From NCBI GenBank assembly GCA_964016885.1, contig OZ024744.1:21638001-21702000 (forward strand): 64,000 bases of DNA. Direction: 5' to 3'. The translations under genes and the position numbers were made by a program. Origin of the DNA: Eledone cirrhosa (lineage: Eukaryota). This document shows positions 28,611 to 40,600 of this stretch, piece after piece (position 1 is the first letter of the stretch; every line of letters starts with the position of its first letter). A model generated the notes under the pieces. The model saw nothing but the letters and a program-made list of their open reading frames with translations. It was not told where the DNA came from and searched no databases.

Positions 28611-31600
28611 TCTTCAGACAGTTAGAAGAGGTGACAGGCACAACAGCTATGACATCTTCAGACAGTTAGAAGAGGTGACAGGCACAACAGCTATGACATA
28701 TTCTGTCAGTTAGAAGAGGTGACAGCCACAACAGCTATGACATCTTCAGACAGTTAAAAGAGGTGACAGGCACAACAGCTGTGACATCTTCAGACAGTTA
28801 GAAGAGGTGACAGCCACAACAGCTATGACATCTTCAGACAGTTAGAAGAGGTGACAGGCACAACAGCTATGACATATTCAGAGAGAAGAGGTGACAGGCA
28901 CAACAGCTATGACATCTTCAGACTGTTAGAAGAGGTGGCAGCCACAACAGCTATGACATCTTCAGACAGAAGAGGTGACAGCCACAACAGCTATGACATC
29001 TTCAGACTGTTAGAAGAGGTGACAGCCACAACAGCTATGACATCTTCAGACAGAAGAGGTGACAGCCACAACAGCTATGACATCTTCAGAGTGAAGAGGT
29101 GACAGGCACAACAGCTATGACATCTTCAGACAGAAGAGGTGACAGACACAACAGCTATAACATCTTCAGACAGTTAGAAGAGGTGACAGGCACAACAGCT
29201 ATGACATCTTCAGAGAGTTAGAAGAGGTGAGAGGCACAACAGCTATGACATCTTCAGAGAGTTAGAAGAGGTGACAGCCACAACAGCTATGACTTCTTCA
29301 GACAGTTAGAAGAGGTGACAGCCACAACAGCTATGACATATTCAGACAAAAGAGGTGACAGGCACAACAGCTATGCCATCTTCAGAGATTTAGAAGAGGT
29401 GACAGGCACAACAGCTATGACATCTTTAGAGAGAAGAGGTGACAGCCACAACAGCTATGTCATCTTCAGACAGTTAGAAGAGGTGACAGCCTCAACAGCT
29501 ATGACATCTTCAGACAGTTAAAAGAGGTGACAGAAACAACAGTTGTGACATCTTCAGACAGTTAGAAGAGGTGACAGCCACAACAGCTATGACATCTTCA
29601 GACAGTTAGAAGAGGTGACAGGCACAACAGCTATGACATCTTCAGAGAGAAGAGGTGACAGGCACAACAGCTATTACATCTTCAGACAGTTAGAAGAGGT
29701 GACAGGCACAACAGCTATGACTTCTTCAGACAGTTAGAAGAGGTGACAGCCACAACAGCTATGACATATTCAGACAAAAGAGGTGACAGGCACAACAGCT
29801 ATGCCATCTTCAGAGAGTTAGAAGAGGTGACAGGCACAACAGCTATGACATCTTCAGACAGAAGAGGTGACAGCCACAACAGCTATGACATCTTCAGATT
29901 ATTAGAAGAGGTGAAAGCCACAACAGCTATGACATCTTCAGACAGAAGAGGTGACAGCCACAACAGCTATGACATCTTCAGACTGTTAGAAGAGGTGACA
30001 GCCACAACAGCTATAACATCTTCAGATAGTTAGAAGAGGTGACAGGCACAACAGCTATGACATCTTCAGACAGTTAGAAGAGGTGACAGGCACAACAGCT
30101 ATGACATGTTCTGTCAGTTAGAAGAGGTGACAGCCACAACAGCTATGACATCTTCAGACAGTTAAAAGAGGTGACAGGCACAACAGCTGTGACATCTTCA
30201 GACAGTTAGAAGAGGTGACAGCCACAACAGCTATGACATCTTCAGACAGTTAGAAGAGGTGACAGGCACAACAGCTATGACATATTCAGAGAGAAGAGGT
30301 GACAGGTACAACAGCTATGACATCTTCAGACTGTTAGAAGAGGTGGCAGCCACAACAGCTATGACATCTTCAGACAGAAGAGGTGACAGCCACAACAGCT
30401 ATGACATCTTCAGACTGTTAGAAGAGGTGACAGCCACAACAGCTATGACATCTTCAGACAGAAGAGGTGACAGCCACAACAGCTATGACATCTTCAGAGT
30501 GAAGAGGTGACAGGCACAACAGCTATGACATCTTCAGACAGAAGAGGTGACAGACACAACAGCTATAACATCTTCAGACAGTTAGAAGAGGTGACAGTCA
30601 CAACAGCTTTGACATCTTCAGACAGTTAGAAGAGGTGACAGGCACAACAGCTATGACATCTTCAGAGAGTTAGAAGAGGTGACAGCCACAACAGCTATGA
30701 CTTCTTCAGACAGTTAGAAGAGGTGACAGCCACAACAGCTATGACGTCTTCAGACAGTTAGAAGAGGTGACAGCAACAACAGCTATGACATATTCAGACA
30801 AAAGAGGTGACAGGCACAACAGCTATGCCATCTTCAGAGAGTTAGAAGAGGTGACAGGCACAACAGCTATGACATCTTTAGAGAGAAGAGGTGACAGCCA
30901 CAACAGCTATGACATCTTCAGACAGTTAGAAGAGGGGACAGCCTCAACAGCTATGACATCTTCAGACAGTTAAAAGAGGTGACAGATACAACAGTTGTGA
31001 TATCTTCAGACAGTTAGAAGAGGTGACAGGCACAACAGCTATGACATCTTCAAACAGTGAGTAGAGGTGACAGCCACAACAGCTATGACATCTTCAGACA
31101 GTTAGAAGAGGTGACAGGCACAACAGCTATGACATCTTCAGAGAGAAGAGGTGACAGGCACAACAGCTATGACATCTTCAGACAGTTAGAAGAGGTGACA
31201 GGCACAACAGCTATGACATCTTCAAACAGTGAGTAGAGGTGACAGCCACAACAGCTATGACATCTTCAGACTATTAGAAGAGGTGAAAGCCACAACAGCT
31301 ATGACATCTTCAGACAGAAGAGGTGACAGCCACAACAGCTATGACATCTTCAGACTGTTAGAAGAGGTGACCACCACAACAGCTATAACATCTTCAGACA
31401 GTTAGAAGAGGTGACAGGCACAACAGCTATGACATCTTCAGACAGTTAGAAGAGGTGACAGGCACAACAGCTATGACATATTCTGTCAGTTAGAAGAGGT
31501 GACAGCCACAACAGCTATGACATCTTCAGACAGTTAAAAGAGGTGACAGGCACAACAGCTGTGACATCTCCAGACAGTTAGAAGAGGTGACAGCCACAAC

Positions 31601-32649
31601 AGCTATGACATCTTCAGACAGTTAGAATAGGTGACAGGCACAACAGCTATGACATATTCAGAGAGAAGAGGTGACAGGCACAACAGCTATGACATCTTCA
31701 GACTGTTAGAAGAGGTGGCAGCCACAACAGCTATGACATCTTCAGACAGAAGAGGTGACAGCCACAACAGCTATGACATCTTCAGAGTGTTAGAAGAGGT
31801 GACAGCCACAACAGCTATGACATCTTCAGACAGAAGAGGTGACAGCCACAACAGCTATGACATCTTCAGAGTGAAGAGGTGACAGGCACAACAGCTATGA
31901 CATCTTCAGACAGAAGAGGTGACAGACACAACAGCTATAACATCTTCAGACAGTTAGAAGAGGTGACAGGCACAACAGCTATGACATCTTCAGACAGTTA
32001 GAAGAGGTGACAGGCACAACAGCTATGACATCTTCAGAGAGTTAGAAGAGGTGACAGCCACAACAGCTATGACTTCTTCAGACAGTTATAAGAGGTGACA
32101 GCCACAACAGCTATGACATATTCAGACAAAAGTGGTGACAGGCACAACAGCTATGCCATCTTCAGAGAGTTAGAAGAGGTGACAGGCACAACAGCTATGA
32201 CATCTTTAGAGAGAAGAGGTGACAGCCACAACAGCTATGACATCTTCAGGCAGTTAGAAGAGGTGACAGCCTCAACAGCTATGACATCTTCAGACAGTTA
32301 AAAGAGGTGACAGAAACAACAGTTGTGACATCTTCAGACAGTTAGAAGAGGTGACAGCCACAACAGCTATGACATCTTCAGACAGTTAGAAGAGGTGACA
32401 GGCACAACAGCTATGACATCTTCAGAGAGAAGAGGTGACAGGCACAACAGCTATTACATCTTCAGACAGTTAGAAGAGGTGACAGCCACAACAGCTATGA
32501 CATATTCTGACAAAAGAGGTGACAGGCACAACAGCTATGCCATCTTCAGAGAGTTAGAAGAGGTGACAGGCACAACAGCTATGACATCTTCAGACAGAAG
32601 AGGTGACAGCCACAACAGCTATGACATCTTCAGACTATTAGAAGAGGTG

Positions 32650-35480
32650 AAAGCCACAACAGCTATGACATCTTCAGACAGTTAGAAGAGGTGACAGGCA
32701 CAACAGCTATGACATATTCTGTCAGTTAGAAGAGGTGACAGCCACAACAGCTATGACATCTTCAGACAGTTAAAAGAGGTGACAGGCACAACAGCTGTGA
32801 CATCTTCAGACAGTTAGAAGAGGTGACAGCCACAACAGCTATAACATCTTCAGATAGTTAGAAGAGGTGACAGGCACAACAGCTATGACATCTTCAGACA
32901 GTTAGAAGAGGTGACAGGCACAACAGCTATGACATGTTCTGTCAGTTAGAAGAGGTGACAGCCACAACAGCTATGACATCTTCAGACAGTTAAAAGAGGT
33001 GACAGGCACAACAGATGTGACATCTTCAGACAGTTAGAAGAGGTGACAGCCACAACAGCTATGACATCTTCAGACAGTTAGAAGAGGTGACAGGCACAAC
33101 AGCTATGACATATTCAGAGAGAAGAGGTGACAGGCACAACAGCTATGACATCTTCAGACTGTTAGAAGAGGTGGCAGCCACAACAGCTATGACATCTTCA
33201 GACAGAAGAGGTGACGGCCACAACAGCTATGACATCTTCAGACTGTTAGAAGAGGTGACAGCCACAACAGCTATGACATCTTCAGACAGACGAGGTGACA
33301 GCCACAACAGCTATGACATCTTCAGAGTGAAGAGGTGACAGGCACAACAGCTATGACATCTTCAGACAGAAGAGGTGACAGACACAACAGCTATAACATC
33401 TTCAGACAGTTAGAAGAGGTGACAGTCACAACAGCTTTGACATCTTCAGACAGTTAGAAGAGGTGACAGGCACAACAGCTATGACATCTTCAGAGAGTTA
33501 GAAGAGGTGACAGGCACAACAGCTATGACATCTTCAGACAGAAGAGGTGACAGCCACAACAGCTATGACATCTTCAGACTATTAGAAGAGGTCAAAGCCA
33601 CAACAGCTATGACATCTTCAGACAGAAGCGGTGACAGCCACAACAGCTATGACATCTTCAGACAGTTAGAAGAGGTGACAGGCACAACAGCTATGACATC
33701 TTCAGACAGTTAGAAGAGGTGACAGGCACAACAGCTATGACATATTCTGTCAGTTAGAAGAGGTGACAGCCACAACAGCTATGACATCTTCAGACAGTTA
33801 AAAGAGGTGACAGGCACAACAGCTGTGACATCTTCAGACAGTTAGAAGAGGTGACAGCCACAACAGCTATGACATCTTCAGACAGTTAGAAGAGGTGACA
33901 GGCACAACAGCTATGACATATTCAGAGAGAAGAGGTGACAGGCACAACAGCTATGACATCTTCAGACTGTTAGAAGAGGTGGCAGCCACAACAGCTATGA
34001 CATCTTCAGACAAAAGAGGTGACAGCCACAACAGCTATGACATCCTCAGACTGTTAGAAGAGGTGACAGCCACAACAGCTATGACATCTTCAGACAGTTA
34101 GAAGAGGTGACAGGCACAACAGCTATGACATATTCTGTCAGTTAGAAGAGGTGACAGCCACAACAGCTATGACATCTTCAGACAGTTAAAAGAGGTGACA
34201 GGCACAACAGCTGTGACATCTTCAGACAGTTAGAAGAGGTGACAGCCACAACAGCTATAACATCTTCAGATAGTTAGAAGAGGTGACAGGCACAACAGCT
34301 ATGACATCTTCAGACAGTTAGAAGAGGTGACAGGCACAACAGCTATGACATGTTCTGTCAGTTAGAAGAGGTGACAGCCACAACAGCTATGACATCTTCA
34401 GACAGTTAAAAGAGGTGACAGGCACAACAGATGTGACATCTTCAGACAGTTAGAAGAGGTGACAGCCACAACAGCTATGACATCTTCAGACAGTTAGAAG
34501 AGGTGACAGGCACAACAGCTATGACATATTCAGAGAGAAGAGGTGACAGGCACAACAGCTATGACATCTTCAGACTGTTAGAAGAGGTGGCAGCCACAAC
34601 AGCTATGACATCTTCAGACAGAAGAGGTGACAGCCACAACAGCTATGACATCTTCAGACTGTTAGAAGAGGTGACAGCCACAACAGCTATGACATCTTCA
34701 GACAGACGAGGTGACAGCCACAACAGCTATGACATCTTCAGAGTGAAGAGGTGACAGGCACAACAGCTATGACATCTTCAGACAGAAGAGGTGACAGACA
34801 CAACAGCTATAACATCTTCAGACAGTTAGAAGAGGTGACAGTCACAACAGCTTTGACATCTTCAGACAGTTAGAAGAGGTGACAGGCACAACAGCTATGA
34901 CATCTTCAGAGAGTTAGAAGAGGTGACAGGCACAACAGCTATGACATCTTCAGACAGAAGAGGTGACAGCCACAACAGCTATGACATCTTCAGACTATTA
35001 GAAGAGGTCAAAGCCACAACAGCTATGACATCTTCAGACAGAAGCGGTGACAGCCACAACAGCTATGACATCTTCAGACAGTTAGAAGAGGTGACAGGCA
35101 CAACAGCTATGACATCTTCAGACAGTTAGAAGAGGTGACAGGCACAACAGCTATGACATATTCTGTCAGTTAGAAGAGGTGACAGCCACAACAGCTTTGA
35201 CATCTTCAGACAGTTAAAAGAGGTGACAGGCACAACAGCTGTGACATCTTCAGACAGTTAGAAGAGGTGACAGCCACAACAGCTATGACATCTTCAGACA
35301 GTTAGAAGAGGTGACAGGCACAACAGCTATGACATATTCAGAGAGAAGAGGTGACAGGCACAACAGCTATGACATCTTCAGACTGTTAGAAGAGGTGGCA
35401 GCCACAACAGCTATGACATCTTCAGACAAAAGAGGTGACAGCCACAACAGCTATGACATCCTCAGACTGTTAGAAGAGGT
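32650..35480 (+). repeat. Recent tandem duplication of a 1416-bp, 33-monomer unit (24x44 + 9x40)
   Basis: Private variants CAGACGAGG (~33290/34706), GTCAAAGCC (33591/35007), AGAAGCGG (~33625/35041) and CATCCTCAG (34041/35457) each occur at offset 1416. I counted nine 40-mers per period. Confidence 0.9.
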
Positions 35481-37699
35481 GACAGGCACAACAGCTATGA
35501 CATCTTCAGACAGAAGAGGTGACAGACACAACAGCTATAACATCTTCAGACAGTTAGAAGAGGTGACAGGCACAACAGCTATGACATCTTCAGACAGTTA
35601 GAAGAGGTGAGAGGCACAACAGCTATGACATCTTCAGAGAGTTAGAAGAGGTGACAGCCACAACAGCTATGACTTCTTCAGACAGTTAGAAGAGGTGACA
35701 GCCACAACAGCTATGACATATTCAGACAAAAGAGGTGACAGGCACAACAGCTATGCCATCTTCAGAGAGTTAGAAGAGGTGACAGGCACAACAGCTATGA
35801 CATCTTTAGAGAGAAGAGGTGACAGCCACAACAGCTATGTCATCTTCAGACAGTTAGAAGAGGTGACAGCCTCAACAGCTATGACATCTTCAGACAGTTA
35901 AAAGAGGTGACAGAAACAACAGTTGTGACATCTTCAGACAGTTAGAAGAGGTGACAGCCACAACAGCTATGACATCTTCAGACAGTTAGAAGAGGTGACA
36001 GGCACAACAGCTATGACATCTTCAGACAGTTAGAAGAGGTGACAGGCACAACAGCTATTACATCTTCAGACAGTTAGAAGAGGTGACAGGCACAACAGCT
36101 ATGACTTCTTCAGACAGTTAGAAGAGGTGACAGCCACAACAGCTATGACATATTCAGACAAAAGAGGTGACAGGCACAACAGCTATGCCATCTTCAGAGA
36201 GTTAGAAGAGGTGACAGGCACAACAGCTATGACATCTTCAGACAGAAGAGGTGACAGCCACAACAGCTATGACATCTTCAGACTATTAGAAGAGGTGAAA
36301 GCCACAACAGCTATGACATCTTCAGACAGAAGAGGTGACAGCCACAACAGCTATGACATCATCAGACTGTTAGAAGAGGTGACAGCCACAACAGCTATAA
36401 CATCTTCAGATAGTTAGAAGAGGTGACAGGCACAACAGCTATGACATCTTCAGACAGTTAGAAGAGGTGACAGGCACAACAGCTATGACATGTTCTGTCA
36501 GTTAGAAGAGGTGACAGCCACAACAGCTATGACATCTTCAGACAGTTAAAAGAGGTGACAGGCACAACAGCTGTGACATCTTCAGACAGTTAGAAGAGGC
36601 GACAGCCACAACAGCTATGACATCTTCAGACAGTTAGAAGAGGTGACAGGCACAACAGCTATGACATATTCAGAGAGAAGAGGTGACAGGTACAACAGCT
36701 ATGACATCTTCAGACTGTTAGAAGAGGTGGCAGACACAACAGCTATGACATCTTCAGACAGAAGAGGTGACAGCCACAACAGCTATGACATCTTCAGACT
36801 GTTAGAAGAGGTGACAGCCACAACAGCTATGACATCTTCAGACAGAAGAGGTGACAGCCACAACAGCTATGACATCTTCAGAGTGAAGAGGTGACAGGCA
36901 CAACAGCTATGACATCTTCAGACAGAAGAGGTGACAGACACAACAGCTATAACATCTTCAGACAGTTAGAAGAGGTGACAGTCACAACAGCTTTGACATC
37001 TTCAGACAGTTAGAAGAGGTGACAGGCACAACAGCTATGACATCTTCAGAGAGTTAGAAGAGATGACAGCCACAACAGCTATGACTTCTTCAGACAGTTA
37101 GAAGAGGTGACAGCCACAACAGCTATGACGTCTTCAGACAGTTAGAAGAGGTGACAGCAACAACAGCTATGATATATTCAGACAAAAGAGGTGACAGGCA
37201 CAACAGCTATGGCATCTTCAGAGAGTTAGAAGAGGTGACAGGCACAACAGCTATGACATCTTTAGAGAGAAGAGGTGACAGCCACAACAGTTGTGATATC
37301 TTCAGACAGTTAGAAGAGGTGACAGCCACAACAGCTATGACATCTTCAGACAGTTAGAAGAGGTGACAGGCACAACAGCTATGACATCTTCAGAGAGAAG
37401 AGGTGACAGGCACAACAGCTATGACATCTTCAAACAGTGAGTAGAGGTGACAGCCACAACAGCTATGACATCTTCAGACTATTAGAAGAGGTGAAAGCCA
37501 CAACAGCTATGACATCTTCAGACAGAAGAGGTGACAGCCACAACAGCTATGACATCTTCAGACTGTTAGAAGAGGTGACCACCACAACAGCTATAACATC
37601 TTCAGACAGTTAGAAGAGGTGACAGGCACAACAGCTATGACATCTTCAGACAGTTAGAAGAGGTGACAGGCACAACAGCTATGACATATTCTGTCAGTT

Positions 37700-40600
37700 A
37701 GAAGAGGTGACAGCCACAACAGCTATGACATCTTCAGACAGTTAAAAGAGGTGACAGGCACAACAGCTGTGACATCTTCAGACAGTTAGAAGAGGTGACA
37801 GCCACAACAGCTATGACATCTTCAGACAGTTAGAATAGGTGACAGGCACAACAGCTATGACATATTCAGAGAGAAGAGGTGACAGGCACAACAGCTATGA
37901 CATCTTCAGACTGTTAGAAGAGGTGGCAGCCACAACAGCTATGACATCTTCAGACAGAAGAGGTGACAGCCACAACAGCTATGACATCTTCAGAGTGTTA
38001 GAAGAGGTGACAGCCACAACAGCTATGACATCTTCAGACAGAAGAGGTGACAGCCACAACAGCTATGACATCTTCAGAGTGAAGAGGTGGCAGGCACAAC
38101 AGCTATGACATCTTCAGACAGAAGAGGTGACAGATACAACAGCTATAACATCTTCAGACAGTTAGAAGAGGTGACAGGCACAACAGCTATGACATCTTCA
38201 GACAGTTAGAAGAGGTGACAGGCACAACAGCTATGACATCTTCAGAGAGTTAGAAGAGGTGACAGCCACAACAGCTATGACTTCTTCAGACAGTTAGAAG
38301 AGGTGACAGCCACAACAGCTATGACATATTCAGACAAAAGTGGTGACAGGCACAACAGCTATGCCATCTTCAGAGAGTTAGAAGAGGTGACAGGCACAAC
38401 AGCTATGACATCTTTAGAGAGAAGAGGTGACAGCCACAACAGCTATGACATCTTCAGGCAGTTAGAAGAGGTGACAGCCTCAACAGCTATGACATCTTCA
38501 GACAGTTAAAAGAGGTGACAGAAACAACAGTTGTGACATCTTCAGACAGTTAGAAGAGGTGACAGCCACAACAGCTATGACATCTTCAGACAGTTAGAAG
38601 AGGTGACAGGCACAACAGCTATGACATCTTCAGAGAGAAGAGGTGACAGGCACAACAGCTATTACATCTTCAGACAGTTAGAAGAGGTGACAGGCACAAC
38701 AGCTATGACTTCTTCAGACAGTTAGAAGAGGTGACAGCCACAACAGCTATGACATATTCAGACAAAAGAGGTGACAGGCACAACAGCTATGCCATCTTCA
38801 GAGAGTTAGAAGAGGTGACAGGCACAACAGCTATGACATCTTCAGACAGAAGAGGTGACAGCCACAACAGCTATGACATCTTCAGACAGTTAGAAGAGGT
38901 GACAGGCACAACAGCTATGACATATTCTGTCAGTTAGAAGAGGTGACAGCCACAACAGCTATGACATCTTCAGACAGTTAAAAGAGGTGACAGGCACAAC
39001 AGCTGTGACATCTTCAGACAGTTAGAAGAGGTGACAGCCACAACAGCTATAACATCTTCAGATAGTTAGAAGAGGTGACAGGCACAACAGCTATGACATC
39101 TTCAGACAGTTAGAAGAGGTGACAGGCACAACAGCTATGACATGTTCTGTCAGTTAGAAGAGGTGACACCCACAACAGCTATGACATCTTCAGACAGTTA
39201 AAAGAGGTGACAGGCACAACAGATGTGACATCTTCAGACAGTTAGAAGAGGTGACAACAACAACAGCTATGTCATCTTCAGACAGTTAGAAGAGGTGACA
39301 GCCACAACAGCTATGACATCTTCAGACAGTTAGAAGAGGTGACAGGCACAACAGCTATGACATATTCAGACAGTTAGAAGAGGTGACAGGCACAACAGCT
39401 ATGACATATTCAGAGAGAAGAGGTGACAGGCACAACAGCTATGCCATCTTCAGACTGTTAGAAGAGGTGGCAGCCACAACAGCTATGACATCTTCAGACA
39501 GAAGAGGTGACAGCCACAACAGCTATGACATCTTCAGACTGTTAGAAGAGGTGACAGCCACAACAGCTATGACATCTTCAGACAGAAGAGGTGACAGCCA
39601 CAACAGCTATGACATCTTCAGAGTGAAGAGGTGACAGGCACAACAGCTATGACATCTTCAGACAGAAGAGGTGACAGACACAACAGCTATAACATCTTCA
39701 GACAGTTAGAAGAGGTGACAGGCACAACAGCTATGACATCTTCAGAGAGTTAGAAGAGGTGACAGCCACAACAGCTATGACTTCTTCAGACAGTTAGAAG
39801 AGGTGACAGCCACAACAGCTATGACGTCTTCAGACAGTTAGAAGAGGTGACAGCAACAACAGCTATGACATATTCAGACAAAAGAGGTGACAGGCACAAC
39901 AGCTATGCCATCTTCAGAGAGTTAGAAGAGGTGACAGGCACAACAGCTATGACATCTTTAGAGAGAAGAGGTGACAGCCACAACAGCTATGACATCTTCA
40001 GACAGTTAGAAGAGGTGACAGCCTCAACAGCTATGACATCTTCAGACAGTTAAAAGAGGTGACAGATACAACAGTTGTGATATCTTCAGACAGTTAGAAG
40101 AGGTGACAGCCACAACAGCTATGACATCTTCAGACAGTTAGAAGAGGTGACAGGCACAACAGCTATGACATCTTCAGACAGTTAGAAGAGGTGACAGGCA
40201 CAACAGCTATGACATGTTCTGTCAGTTAGAAGAGGTAACAGCCACAACAGCTATGACATCTTCAGACAGTTAAAAGAGGTGACAGGCACAACAGCTGTGA
40301 CATCTTCAGACAGTTAGAAGAGGTGACAGCCACAACAGCTATGACATCTTCAGACAGTTAGAAGAGGTGACAGGCACAACAGCTATGACATATTCAGAGA
40401 GAAGAGGTGACAGGTACAACAGCTATGACATCTTCAGACTGTTAGAAGAGGTGGCAGCCACAACAGCTATGACATCTTCAGACAGAAGAGGTGACAGCCA
40501 CAACAGCTATGACATCTTCAGACTGTTAGAAGAGGTGACAGCCACAACAGCTATGACATCTTCAGACAGAAGAGGTGACAGCCACAACAGCTATGACATC

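Noticed and set aside
28379-28669. 84-bp/28-aa period resembling a C2H2 zinc-finger (PRDM9-like) minisatellite
   Set aside because: There is no Cys-x2-Cys/His-x3-His pattern or TGEKP linker in any frame, and 84 bp is only an occasional dimer of two homologous monomers.
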